From: an uncultured Spirochaetota bacterium
Lineage (GTDB): Bacteria; Spirochaetota; Spirochaetia; SZUA-6; CAVTHK01
Assembly (NCBI GenBank): GCA_963734495.1
Contig: CAVTHK010000003.1
Span: 192,001 to 256,000, forward strand
DNA length: 64,000 nucleotides
Direction: 5' to 3'
Under the pieces are notes generated by a model. The model searched no databases, had not been told where the DNA came from, and saw only the letters and a list, made by a program, of their open reading frames with translations. Every line of letters begins with the position of its first letter. The stretch's first letter is position 1. The translations under genes were made by a program, and so were the position numbers. Below are positions 38,042 to 48,371 of the stretch, in pieces.

Positions 38042-39356
38042 ATGGTGCGCGCGCTTGCTCGCGGCGCTCCTCCCGCTCGCCGCGGCCGGAGCGCAGCAGC
38101 TCACGCTCGAAAGCTGCGTCGAAGGGGCGGGAGGCCGGCGGGCGCGCGTGGAGCTGGAGGAGCCCGAGCGGCTGCGGGTCTTCGCCCTCGCCGACTACGA
38201 GGATGACGCGCTCGCGCGCGCGGCTGCCGGCGTCTCCACGCCGTGGCTCGTCGCGGGCCCGCTCGCGCCCGCCGGCCTCCTTCGGCTGATCGAGGCGCCG
38301 TTCGCGTGCGGGCCTGCGGCCGACGTGCACGACGAGGCCACGGGGCTGCTGCTCGACGGCTCCTTCGACGGGAGCTCCCGCAGCGGCGCGATCGCGTGGC
38401 CGGCGCCGGGCTCCCTCGGCGTGGGGGCGTGGGGCCGCGACGGCCGCCTGACCGCCGTGCTCGCGGCAGCGGGCCGCCCGCTGCCGCCCCTGCAGTGGGA
38501 GGCCGCCCTGGCCCGCTCGGCGCCCCCGGCCGACGCGGCCGGCGAAGACTGGTACTACGGGTACGCGCCCTGGCGGGGCGGGGCGCTTTCGCATGCGGCG
38601 GCTCGCCTGCGCGCGGACGCGGGCGCGCTCGCCGTCTCCGCGGCGGCCGCCGCGAGCATCGCCGAGCGGGCCGCGCCGGGGGCCTGGCTGCTGGCGCGCC
38701 TGGAGGCGTGCGGCCCGCAGGTCCGCGCAGATGCTCTCCTCGGCCTCTCGAACGGCGCCTACCGCGACACGGGCGGCGGGCTCGAGCGCACGCTGCGGCA
38801 CGCGGCCCTGCGGGTCGAGGCGCGCTCCGCCGCTGCCCGCCTCTCGGCCGAGGCACGCGGGAGCCGCGGCCTCGAGGCCTTCGGCGGCGAGGCGCCCTGG
38901 GAGCTGGCCGGCGGCGCGACCGCTGCCGTGGGCCGCGCGAAGCCGGCGCTCTCGCTCGAGGCGTCGGCTGCATGGAAGCGCCGGCGCGACGCCGCCGGCG
39001 AAGAGCTGTCTTCGGCGTCCTTCGATGCGTCCGCCGCAGCCGAAGCCGGCGCCTTTTCGGCGGAAGCCTCCGCCGCGAGCGGCGGGCGCATCGCCGTTTC
39101 GGGCCGCTGGAAGGGCCGCGGGACCGAGGTCTCGCTCGAAGGCTGCTGGAAGCGGAGCGCGCTCGACGCGGTCGAGGCGGCGTGGCGAGCAGGAGCCGAC
39201 GCCGCGCGCCTGGAGATCGCCGCCGGATGGCTCGCGGGCCCGCCGGCGCGCTGGCTGTTGTCGATCCGGTGGCGCAGAAACCTCGGGCGCCGGGAGCCTC
39301 AGCGGCCGTCCCAGTCGCCCACGAGAAGCACCTCGCGCTCGAGCTCGAAGCCGTAG
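38042..39356 (+). CDS. Hypothetical Ala-rich exported protein
   Basis: 433-aa ORF with signal-like N-terminus; both boundaries uncertain. Confidence 0.45.
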
Positions 39357-40222
39357 GTTTCCTTCACCTTTATCTCTATCTCCCGCGCGAGGGCGTCGAC
39401 CTCGGCCGCGGTGGCGCGGCCGGCGTTCACGATGATGTTGGCGTGCAGCTCCGAGACCATGGCGCCGCCGATCCTCCTGCCGCGGAAGCCGAGGGAGTCG
39501 ATCAGCCTGCCCGACGGCATCCCGAAGGCGCGGTTGTTCTTGAACATGCTTCCGGCGCAGGGGTGGATAAAGTGGCCCTTGCGCTCGCGGTCGGCGCGGA
39601 TCTCGCTCATGCGCGCGCGCAGGGCTTCCGGCGACGCTCCCGGCTGCAGGCCGAAGGTCGCGCCCAGGATCACGCCTTCGCGCCCCTGGAAGGGCGAGCG
39701 CTTGTAGGAGTAGTCGCCTTGGCCGCGCGGCACGCGCTCGACCTCGAGCGAGTCGTTGAGCAGGTCCACGGACTCGAGGCAGTCGGACACCGAGCGCTCG
39801 TAGCAGCGCGCGTTCATCCAGACCGAGCCCCCCACCTGGCCGGGCATGGCGAAAAAGCCCTCCAGCCCCGCGAGCCCCGCGCCGGAGGTCTCGGCCGCGA
39901 GGTCGCTCATCGCGACGCCCGCCCCGGCGGCGACGCGGTTGCCCTCGATGCGGATGCCCACGAGCCGGCCCAGGTCGACCACGACGCCGCGGATACCGCG
40001 GTCGGAGACGAGAATGTTGGCGCCGGCGCCCAGGACAAAGCGCGGGAGGCCCTCGTCGTGGGCGATGCGACAGACGGTCTGCAACTGCTCCAGGTCGCCC
40101 GGCGCGACGTACAGGTCCGCGGGGCCGCCGATCGCGAACCACGTGTGCCGATCCATCGGCTCGGCGAGCCTGGGGGAGGCTGCCGGGTTGATATTCCGGG
40201 CGATCTGGCGTAGCCTGTGCAC
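39299..40222 (-). CDS. murB: UDP-N-acetylenolpyruvoylglucosamine reductase
   Basis: IGGPAD, LGAGANILVSD, PGQVGGSVWMNA, AGSMFKN, HANIIVN, LEREV; GTG start 6 nt after TATGAT. Confidence 0.93.
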   Translation of the reverse strand: MHRLRQIARNINPAASPRLAEPMDRHTWFAIGGPADLYVAPGDLEQLQTVCRIAHDEGLPRFVLGAGANILVSDRGIRGVVVDLGRLVGIRIEGNRVAAGAGVAMSDLAAETSGAGLAGLEGFFAMPGQVGGSVWMNARCYERSVSDCLESVDLLNDSLEVERVPRGQGDYSYKRSPFQGREGVILGATFGLQPGASPEALRARMSEIRADRERKGHFIHPCAGSMFKNNRAFGMPSGRLIDSLGFRGRRIGGAMVSELHANIIVNAGRATAAEVDALAREIEIKVKETYGFELEREVLLVGDWDGR

Positions 40223-40402
40223 GGTCGTATCATAACCTTTCCCGTCGCCCCATGTCCCGGCGCAGGGCGCGGCTCGAATGCGGGCCCGCCCGGAGGCGCA
40301 CGGGGGCTCCCCCGGAGGCGGCGGCGTCAGGACCGACAACCTTACGGCGTTCGCCGGCGACGCTGATTCTCTGTAACGGAAGGACCCTTCTGGTTGTTTT
40401 AT

Positions 40403-40924
40403 ATGGCACGGGACAACGGACTCGAAGAACGATTCCGCGCCTCCTACCAGCAGCTTTTTCCCCTGGTCTACAGGCTTGCGGTCCGGATCACGGGGGATAG
40501 CGACCGCGCGGAGGATCTCGCGCACGACGCGTTTCTCCGCCTGTACCAGCGGGGCGGAGCGCTGCCGGATGCGGACCAGACCAAGTACTGGCTGATCCGG
40601 GTGGTAAAAAACCTCTCGTACAACCACGAGAAGCGCAAGACGCGGGAGAGGCGGGCGCTCGAGCGGCTGGGGCGCGCGGAGCCGCAGCTCGAGCCTTCGA
40701 ACGAGGATCTTTTTCTCCGCGAGGAGGACCAGAGGCTCGTGCGCGAGCTGCTTGCGGCGCTGCCCCTGAACCTGAGGATGCCCCTGGTGCTCAAGGAGTA
40801 CGAAGGATTGACCTACCGGGAGATCGGGAAGATACTGAACATAAGCGAAGGAAACGTCAAAGTGCGGGTCTTTCGCGGGAGAGAGAAGCTTGCCCAACTA
40901 CTCGAGAAGCGGTCAGCGAATTGA
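40403..40924 (+). CDS. ECF sigma factor
   Basis: AEDLAHDAFLR, WLIRVVKN, EGLTYREIG, GNVKVRVFRGR. Confidence 0.92.
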   Translation: MARDNGLEERFRASYQQLFPLVYRLAVRITGDSDRAEDLAHDAFLRLYQRGGALPDADQTKYWLIRVVKNLSYNHEKRKTRERRALERLGRAEPQLEPSNEDLFLREEDQRLVRELLAALPLNLRMPLVLKEYEGLTYREIGKILNISEGNVKVRVFRGREKLAQLLEKRSAN

Positions 40925-41470
40925 CCGGAGGCTGATGGCAGCCTATCTCGACGGGCTCCTCGACGCGGCGGCCGCGGCGAGGGTGACATCGCTCGTGGAG
41001 AGCGATCCCGCCTGGGCCGCGGAGTACCAGCGCCAGAAGAGGGTCGGGGAGATGCTCGCGGCGACCGCACCGGTCGCGGTCCAGGGCGCAAGTCGAGCGC
41101 GTCGTGGAGCCGGCTGAGCGCGTCGCTCGCCTCCGCTGCCCCCGAGCCGCTGTGGCGCCGCAAGGTGGCGGTTCCGTTCCCCGCGGCCGTGGGGGCCGCG
41201 GCCCTCGTCCTGCTGCTGGCCTTCGGGCTCGTCTACACGACGGCCCGCGGCTCCGTCGGCATGATGCGCATCACGACCGTGCCGAGCGGCATCAAGCAGG
41301 TGCAGATCCAGGCCCCCCTCGCGGACCTCCAGCAGCTCCTCAAGAGCCTCGAAACAGGCGCGCCGAGCCGCGACGTCATCATCAGCCTGCCGGACGACTC
41401 GGAGAAGTTCTTCGTCGGAGAGCCGCTGCTTCTGCGGGCCACCGACGTCGATCGGAGCCGCTTCCGATGA
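40921..41470 (+). CDS. Anti-sigma factor (frameshifted, start uncertain)
   Basis: LMAAYLDG N-terminus and single TM, directly downstream of the ECF sigma. Confidence 0.7.
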
Positions 41471-42024
41471 ACGCGTTCGCCGGCGCCGCCTTCGCGCTGC
41501 TGGTGGCCTCGTCCGCGGCGGCCCAGCAGGGGACGGGCGCAAAGCCGCCCGCCGCCCCGCCCCCGGCCGGCCCGCCCGCTGCCACCACGCTCGAGGAGGC
41601 GCTCAAGGAGCTCTTCGACCAGGCCCTGCGCATCAACATCGTGGCGCGGGTGATGCCGGCCGGCGAGCAGCCCGTCGTCAACGTGGAGCGCTCGCAGCTC
41701 ACGCTGCCCGGCCACTCGGTGGCCGTCCGTTTCGAGGGCAGCAACATCCGCGTGACCGCCAACCTCACGCCCTACCTGCAGAACGACGGGAAGCTCATGC
41801 TGGTGGCCCAGGGCGAAGTCTGGGTGGCTGAGCCGACCTCGACCGCCGGGGCGGTCCGCTACCTCAGCTCCATCAAGAGCCTGCCGGTGTCGCTCGGGGA
41901 AAAGGTGTTCTTCTACCCCCTCGGAATCCCGGACGCCATCCAGGGCACCAACAAGTTCAACATCGCTCTCGAGATCCAGGTCGTGCCCGTGGACCAGCCG
42001 CCTCCCCAGCCGCCCCCGCGCTGA
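41467..42024 (+). CDS. Hypothetical exported protein
   Basis: ATG overlapping the previous stop, signal peptide, beta-rich domain. Confidence 0.75.
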   Translation: MNAFAGAAFALLVASSAAAQQGTGAKPPAAPPPAGPPAATTLEEALKELFDQALRINIVARVMPAGEQPVVNVERSQLTLPGHSVAVRFEGSNIRVTANLTPYLQNDGKLMLVAQGEVWVAEPTSTAGAVRYLSSIKSLPVSLGEKVFFYPLGIPDAIQGTNKFNIALEIQVVPVDQPPPQPPPR

Positions 42025-42027
42025 TCC

Positions 42028-43698
42028 ATGGACGAGACAGTCCCTTCGAAGCCGCCGTTCGACTTCCGGCGCAGCCTTCCGTACCTGATCCTGTTCACGC
42101 TCCTGCTCGCGCTCTTCCTGAGCTCGGCGCTCTCCCAGAGGCCGCCCGAAGTCCGTTCGATCGCGCCCGACGACGCCCGGCCCGGCGAGGAGCTGGTCAT
42201 CAAGGGGCGTTTTTTCGGCCGCGAGCGCGACGGCGCCCGCGTGAGCGTCAACGGGTATTCGCCGCCCTCGTCGGCCTACCTCTCGTGGACGGACCGCCGG
42301 ATCAGCGTGCTCGTCCCGGAGGAGATGCCCGCGGGCCTGCTCGCGGTCGTCACGAAGAACGGCGAGAGCCGCGAGGTGGTCCCGTTTACGAACGAGGCCT
42401 ACGTGCCGCAGCTCGCCTCGGGGCCGCTGGTCCCCGGCCAGCCGTACATCAGCGGCTTCGAGCCCAAGAGCGGCCCTCCCGGCACTCCCGTCACGATCAC
42501 GGGCATCAACTTCGGGCTCGACCGCGGCTCCGCGCGGGTGGAGTTCGCCTGGATCCCCGGCGACCGGACGCGGAACCTGCCCGACGTGGCGGGCTCCGAC
42601 ATGCTGCCGGCCCTCGAGTACAACCAGGACTACATCTCGTGGGAGGACCGCGAGATCCAGGTCCGCGTGCCGGACGGCGCCTCCTCCGGCAGCCTGCGGG
42701 TGGTCACCGACAAGGGCGAGAGCAACTCGGTCTACTTCGAGGTGCAGGACATCGTCGGCACCAAGCTCTTTACCAACAAGCGCATCTACCACGTGCAGTA
42801 CGGGGTGGAGGTCGCCGATGTGGCCACCTCGGGCACGCCGGGGCGGCTGCGGGTGTGGGTGCCGCGGCTCGTGCAGGGGCCGTCCCAGCGCGAGGTGCGC
42901 ATGATCGCCCGGGAGCCCGAGCCTCTCTTTGACAACTACGAAGGCTTTACGCTCTTCGCGTTCGACGACATCGGCAGGGGCGACCGCAGGCAGATCAGCC
43001 AGAGCTTCATGCTGTCCGCCTACGAAGTGGAGACGAGGGTCAACGCCGCGCGCGTCCCGACGGCCTACGACGCCTCCAGCCGCCTCTACCAGCGGTTCAC
43101 GGCCTCGGACCCGATCACGCCCTCCGAGGACGCGGGCCTCGTCAAGACCGCGCGCTCGATCGTCGGCCAGGAGACCAACCCGTACCTCAAGGCGCTCGCC
43201 GTCTACAACGCCGTGGTGGGCTTTCTCGGCTACGACCCGAAGGCGACGGACGTCCTGGAGTCCCTCAAGACGCGCAAGGGCGACGCCTCGGTCTACTCCC
43301 TGCTGTTCACCGCGCTGCTGCGGGCCGCCGGAGTGCCGGCGAGGCCGGTGGCCGGTTACGTCGTGGGGTCCGACGGCAAGGCCGTCAGGCACATGTGGGC
43401 CGAGTTCTACCTGGAGCAGCTCGGCTGGGTGCCCGTAGACCCGGCGCTCGCCGACGGGCTCAAGTTCGGCGACTTCCCGCGGGTGCTCAACCCCGCGTCC
43501 TACTATTTCGGAAACATGGACAATCAGCACATCATCTTTTCGCGCGGTCTCGCCGTGCTCAAGCCCATGGATCCGAGGGCCTCGGTCGTGACGCGCCGCG
43601 ACGCGCCGGGGCTCCAGACGATCCACGAGGAGTACTCGGGCGGGATCACGGGGTACACGGCGCGGTGGACGGAGCTCGAGGTGCTCGGGATCTACTGA
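42028..43698 (+). CDS. Membrane-anchored IPT/TIG + transglutaminase-like protein
   Basis: Two IPT-like units (IKGRFFG, ITGINFG); LLRAAGVPARPVAG, HMWAEFY, GWVPVDP. Confidence 0.88.
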   Translation: MDETVPSKPPFDFRRSLPYLILFTLLLALFLSSALSQRPPEVRSIAPDDARPGEELVIKGRFFGRERDGARVSVNGYSPPSSAYLSWTDRRISVLVPEEMPAGLLAVVTKNGESREVVPFTNEAYVPQLASGPLVPGQPYISGFEPKSGPPGTPVTITGINFGLDRGSARVEFAWIPGDRTRNLPDVAGSDMLPALEYNQDYISWEDREIQVRVPDGASSGSLRVVTDKGESNSVYFEVQDIVGTKLFTNKRIYHVQYGVEVADVATSGTPGRLRVWVPRLVQGPSQREVRMIAREPEPLFDNYEGFTLFAFDDIGRGDRRQISQSFMLSAYEVETRVNAARVPTAYDASSRLYQRFTASDPITPSEDAGLVKTARSIVGQETNPYLKALAVYNAVVGFLGYDPKATDVLESLKTRKGDASVYSLLFTALLRAAGVPARPVAGYVVGSDGKAVRHMWAEFYLEQLGWVPVDPALADGLKFGDFPRVLNPASYYFGNMDNQHIIFSRGLAVLKPMDPRASVVTRRDAPGLQTIHEEYSGGITGYTARWTELEVLGIY

Positions 43699-43842
43699 GC
43701 ACAAGGATGTGCTCGCCCGGCGCGTACACGGATGTACAGGCGCCGGGCTGAGCGCCGGGCTGAGTCCATGGATGGACTCGCCCAGGCGCGTACATGCGCC
43801 TTGGCCCGCGTATTCGCCGGGGATGTACAAGCGCCGGGCTGA
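43697..43842 (+). repeat. Cluster of hairpins with CA-NGGA-TG apical loops (duplicated module)
   Basis: GAGCACA-AGGA-TGTGCTC, GTACA-CGGA-TGTAC, GAGTCCA-TGGA-TGGACTC, and a fourth GGGATGTAC. Confidence 0.85.
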
Positions 43843-43942
43843 CCCGCGGCCCCGGCGGGCGCCTGCGCCGCCCGAGGCGGCGCTCTCCGGGCGCTCGCGG
43901 GCTGCCGGCGAGCCACGAAAACCTCCGCGAACGCCTTCAAAG

Positions 43943-43971
43943 TTGACACCATCTGAGCCGATTCCTATACT
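43943..43971 (+). promoter_or_regulatory. sigma70-type promoter of the cNMP-binding gene
   Basis: TTGACA-17 bp-TATACT. Confidence 0.8.
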
Positions 43972-43992
43972 GTAGCTGCCGCAGTGGGGAAT

Positions 43993-45225
43993 ATGTCTGG
44001 TCCGCAATTAACGTTAGTCAACTTCCGCAAGGGCGCGTATGTCACCGTCGAGGGCAAACAGCGCGCCGATCAGTTCTACATCATCCGCAGCGGCAAGGTG
44101 CAGGTCCGCAAAGAGGTCGAGATCGCCGAGGAGCAGGAGGAGAAGGTCCTCGTCCCCGGCGACTTCTTCGGCGTCGTGTCGACGATGTCCGCCCACAGCC
44201 ACATCGAGACGGCGATCGCGATCACCGACGTTTCCCTGATCGCCGTCGGCCGCGACCAGTTCGGGCTGCTCATCCAGCGCAACGCGCCGGTCGCCATGAA
44301 GATCATCTTCCAGTTCTCCAAGCGCATGCGCGCGCTCGACGGGGCGCTCACGCGGGTGAACTTCAAGAACACCGCGGGGGAGAACCCGTCGCACCTGTTC
44401 AAGGTGGCCGAGTACTACCTCAAGCAGAGCCAGTACAACCAGGCCTACTACTCCTACTTCCGGTTCCTGCAGCACTGCCCGGACGACCCGAACGCCAAGG
44501 TGGCGCGCGAGCGGATGGCGAAGATCATGCCGTACGCCAAGGCGGTGTATCTCGACGGGGGAGGCAGCGACTTTACGCGCGTCTACCCGAAGAACACGAT
44601 GATCTTCTCCGAGAACGAGCCCGGCAAGGAGCTGTACATCATCCAGAAGGGCGTGGTGAAGATCAGCAAGATCGTCGACGACAAGGAAGTGCTGATCGCC
44701 CTCCTGCCGCAAGGCGACATCTTCGGCGAGATGGCGCTGCTCGACAACCGGCCGCGCTCCGCGTCGGCCGTCGCCCACGAGGACGTGACCCTGCTCGCGG
44801 TCAACCAGTCCAACTTCGCCCGGATGGTGCAGACGCAGCCCCAGATCGTCACGCGCCTCACGACCCTGCTCGCCGAGCGCATCTGGTTCGTCTACAAGCA
44901 GCTCGCCAACGCCATGATCAAGAACCCCCTGGGCCGCCTGTACGACTCGCTGATGCTGCAGCTCGAGAAGAGCAAGGTCAACATCGCCCACGGCGAGCCC
45001 TACACCTTCGAGTTCGGGCCCAAGGAGCTCACCGGCATGGTGGGGCTGTCGGCCAACGAGGGCGGCGACCTGCTGCGGCGGCTCTTCGAGAACAGGCGCC
45101 TCAAGGTCGTGGACAACAGGATCCAGACGTCCGACGTCGAAGAGATCAAGAAGCAGGCGGAGTACTTCAAGAAGATGGAGTCGATCGACAAGGCCCGCCG
45201 CGAAGCCCGCGCCGGCACCCAGTAG
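43993..45225 (+). CDS. Crp/Fnr-like protein with two cNMP-binding domains and a central TPR-like segment
   Basis: GDFFGVVS...HIETA (degenerate) and GDIFGEMALLDNRPRSASA (canonical). Confidence 0.88.
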   Translation: MSGPQLTLVNFRKGAYVTVEGKQRADQFYIIRSGKVQVRKEVEIAEEQEEKVLVPGDFFGVVSTMSAHSHIETAIAITDVSLIAVGRDQFGLLIQRNAPVAMKIIFQFSKRMRALDGALTRVNFKNTAGENPSHLFKVAEYYLKQSQYNQAYYSYFRFLQHCPDDPNAKVARERMAKIMPYAKAVYLDGGGSDFTRVYPKNTMIFSENEPGKELYIIQKGVVKISKIVDDKEVLIALLPQGDIFGEMALLDNRPRSASAVAHEDVTLLAVNQSNFARMVQTQPQIVTRLTTLLAERIWFVYKQLANAMIKNPLGRLYDSLMLQLEKSKVNIAHGEPYTFEFGPKELTGMVGLSANEGGDLLRRLFENRRLKVVDNRIQTSDVEEIKKQAEYFKKMESIDKARREARAGTQ

Positions 45226-45244
45226 CCGCCCGTCTCCGATCCCG

Positions 45245-46310
45245 CTACAGAAGCTCCGAGCGCCCCTTTCCCTTGACTTGCTCGACCACGTCCCTCACGA
45301 GCTGAGAGCTCCCGGCGCGGCAGACCAGGCAGACACCGTTGCGGATCACGACGATCAGCCCGCTCACCCCCGCGAGGGCCACGGGGATGTCCGAGAGCAC
45401 GAAGTTCCCGTCGCCGCCCGCCGAGGCGACCTCGCCCTGGGGCCGGGCGAAGCGCGCCACTTCGTCCCAGCTCCCCACGTCGCTCCAGGCGAAGTCGGCC
45501 TCGACCATCGCGGCCCGGCGGCTTTTTTCCATGATGGCGTAGTCGATCGAGATCGAGCGGAGGCCGCCGTAGATCTCGCGCAGGCCCGCTGAAGGGGCGA
45601 CGATGCCGCGGCGAGGCGCCCGCTTCGCGAGCGCGGCCCGGCCGGCGCGGAACGGCTCGGCCAGCCACGGCGCCAGCGCGCCCGCCTCCTCCAGGAACGA
45701 GCGGCGGCGTGAACGCGAACATCCCGGAGTTCCAGTAGTAGCCGCCGCTTTCGAGGTAGCGGCGGGCGCGCTCGGCGTCGGGCTTCTCGTGGAAGCTGCG
45801 CACGGCGAGGCCCTCGCCGAGCCGCTCGCCGGCTTCGATGTAGCCGTAGCCGGTCTCGGGCCGGTCGGGCCGCACCCCGAAGACCACGAGGCGTCCCTCG
45901 GCGGCGAGCGCGGCGGCGCGGGCGACCGCGGCGGCAAAGCGCTCCTGCGGCTCGATGATGTGGTCGGCGGCCAGCACGAGCAGCGGCGCGTCCGCCTCGC
46001 CGCGGGCCTCGAGCCAGGCGCAGGCGTAGGCGATCGCGGGCGCCGTGTTGCGCGCGGCCGGTTCGGCGAGGATCGCGAGGCCGGGCGCCCGCAGCCCGCG
46101 CGCCTGCTTCAGGACCGCCTGCGCCTGGCTCTCGTGGGTGACGACGAGCACGCGGCCGGCAGGCCGCAGGCCGAGCGCGCGCGCCAGCGCCTGCTGGAGG
46201 AGCGATCGGCCGCTGCCGAGGTCCAGGAACTGCTTCGGCGAGCCTTCGCGCGATGCCGGCCACAACCGGGTGCCCGCGCCGCCCGCCAGGATCACGACGT
46301 GCTGGATCAT
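45245..46310 (-). CDS. manC: Mannose-1-phosphate guanylyltransferase (indel near 45705)
   Basis: ILAGGAGTRLWPASR..PKQF, EPAARNTAPA, ETGYGYI, WNSGMF, SIDYAIMEK, WSDVGSW. Confidence 0.92.
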
Positions 46311-46459
46311 CGCCCCAATGTGACGCGCGGGGTCCTCCGAATCAACCCGCGCGGGGCCCCGCGGCCGCCGCCTCCGAGTCGCCTGCGGCGCCGCTCCCGC
46401 GCGGCAGCCTTCAGTTTGTGTTGACCTCGCTCTTGGGGTGAGGCTATGCTCATTGGCAT

Positions 46460-46532
46460 CGGGATGTAGCCTAGCGGCTAAGGCGCCTGCTTTGGGAGCA
46501 GGAGATCGGAGGTTCGATTCCTCTCATCCCGA
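46460..46532 (+). tRNA. tRNA-Pro (TGG)
   Basis: CGGGATG/CATCCCG stem; CCTGC-TT-TGG-GA-GCAGG; upstream TTGACC-18-TATGCT (46421-46450). Confidence 0.95.
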
Positions 46533-46537
46533 TGCGC

Positions 46538-46611
46538 GCGTCCATAGCTCAGGTGGATAGAGCATCTGCCTTCTAAGCAGAGGGTCGCTGGTTCGAGTCC
46601 AGCTGGACGTA
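46538..46611 (+). tRNA. tRNA-Arg (TCT)
   Basis: GCGTCCA/TGGACGT stem; TCTGC-CT-TCT-AA-GCAGA. Confidence 0.95.
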
Positions 46612-46782
46612 TCCAGGCAAGTCCTTGCGGCAGAGTGGGGCGCGGCGGCAGGCACCGTGCAGGGCGGATGCCGGAGCCGCCCTGCCGCGCGGCGACCGCG
46701 CAGTGCGCGCGAGAATGCATTTTGCTGTCGGCGAGCGTCATTCGAGCAGACGCACCGGCGCCGAGCGAGAAGTCTGCCCGGC

Positions 46783-47082
46783 CTAGCGCTCCAGCGGCAT
46801 CTCGTAGAGGATGTCCGATTTGTGCGTCCAGTAGCGGTTGAGGTTCAGGCCCTGACGGGTGCTTGTTCCCACGCGGGCCTTCTCGGCCGCCTCAAGGGAT
46901 GGGTAAGAGTATATGCAAACGCTCATTCCGTCCCTGTAGGACCGGTACCACGCCACCGTCTTCCCGCCGACAGACGCGACTACCTCATCCCGCTTCTTCA
47001 TCAAGTCGTCGACTTGCTTTGCGGTCAGCTGCCAACCGGCCTCCGTCGTACCCGTTACCTTCAACATCACATAGATCGCCAC
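46783..47082 (-). CDS. Small hypothetical protein (99 aa), probable dimeric alpha+beta barrel fold
   Basis: SD GAGGAG plus GTG; paralog at 48790. Confidence 0.75.
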   Translation of the reverse strand: MAIYVMLKVTGTTEAGWQLTAKQVDDLMKKRDEVVASVGGKTVAWYRSYRDGMSVCIYSYPSLEAAEKARVGTSTRQGLNLNRYWTHKSDILYEMPLER

Positions 47083-47457
47083 TTTGCTCCTCCTCAAGCC
47101 CACCGTGAAGACGTCGGGGCGAGAGTACACCAGTGGTCGGCGTCGGCGAGGTCGAGCGGATGAGATATGTCCTCGACCGTCAACGAAGTGTCTCACGCCG
47201 TCAGTTGCCACTGTCCGCGAGGCGCGGTTTCGTTCGGATCTTGACTGTCAGGACTGATGACATCAGGAAGGCGGGCACGATCTGACTGCATGCAACAAAG
47301 CAGGCCCCGCGGCAGATCCAGTGTATATCGCGCCTGCTTACGCGGAATGTGCGGAGGGTATGTGGGGGGATTGCGACCTGGGCATGTTGCGTGGCCGAGT
47401 GCTTGGTGGTACTTTATTACAAGAGGCGGCCAAAGAAACACCCCGAAAGGCTCGAGG

Positions 47458-47856
47458 ATGGAAGGTAAGTGCAACGCGCTACTCATGGCCGATCGCATCA
47501 TCAAAGAGGACAACGGCAAGCGCGGGATCATTGGATCGTTCAACACCTTCAACTTGCCTTCGTTTCCAGGGCAAGCGCCGCCGTTTTTCATCTACGCTAA
47601 TCTTGAGGACTTCACGGACGAGGCGGAGTTTTCGGTAAGCATCGCAAGGGAAGGGGCTGAGTTGGTCGTGTTCTCCGCTGGCGGTGAGATCAAGTTTGCC
47701 AGCGGCAGGGAAGCAGAATTGATCGTGCCAGCTTTCGGTGTGACGTTCCCCAAGCCGGGCAACTACAATCTTGTTCTGAGAGTCGGCAACGGTCAATTCG
47801 GTTCGAGGAGAATCATCGTGAACGCGGTAACAATACCGCAGGGTGGGGGCGAGTGA
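47458..47856 (+). CDS. DUF6941-like protein
   Basis: LMADRIIKEDNGKRGIIGSFN...FPKPGNYNL pattern. Confidence 0.7.
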   Translation: MEGKCNALLMADRIIKEDNGKRGIIGSFNTFNLPSFPGQAPPFFIYANLEDFTDEAEFSVSIAREGAELVVFSAGGEIKFASGREAELIVPAFGVTFPKPGNYNLVLRVGNGQFGSRRIIVNAVTIPQGGGE

Positions 47857-48062
47857 TGTCGAAACTCACTTTGTTGCCGGAAACGGTCAGCGCTGACGGC
47901 GTGCCAACATATAAGGTCCAGGAAACGACGTTCACGAACAACGTCTCACAGCAGTTGGTGATCATTCCTGAGAGCACTCGGGATCTCCTGCTCGCCTCTG
48001 AGAAAGCCCTGGCATCGGTCTGGGCGACCCCAGAGGAGGACGAAGCCTGGAAGGACCTTTGA
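47853..48062 (+). CDS. Putative antitoxin (DUF2281-like C-terminus)
   Basis: LASEKALASVWATPEEDEAWKDL; overlaps the toxin start. Confidence 0.75.
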   Translation: MMSKLTLLPETVSADGVPTYKVQETTFTNNVSQQLVIIPESTRDLLLASEKALASVWATPEEDEAWKDL

Positions 48063-48371
48063 GAGGCGAAGTCGCAACGGTCCTGTTCCCGTTCTCCGAC
48101 CTTGCGAGCGCTAAGCCGCGACCGGTGCTTGTTCTCATAGACCTTCCCGGAGATGACGTTGTGGTCGCTGCAATCACATCTTCGGGCTCTGATCCGAACG
48201 GAGTCCTTCTAGGACCTGATGACTTTGTGCATGGGCGACTCGACCGTCCCTCCTACATCCGCCCAGCGAAGCTGTTCACGATCGAAGAGAAGACTTCGCA
48301 CGCACGTCGGACAGGTTACTGAAGCAAAGAGACGCGAGGTAGTCGCAAGACTCCTCAGGCTGCTCGGCTGA
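48059..48371 (+). CDS. PemK/MazF family toxin (indel near 48297)
   Basis: FPFSDLASAKPRPVLVL, AITS, SYIRPAKLFT; shifted frame continues VGQVTEAKRREVVARLLRLLG*. Confidence 0.85.
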
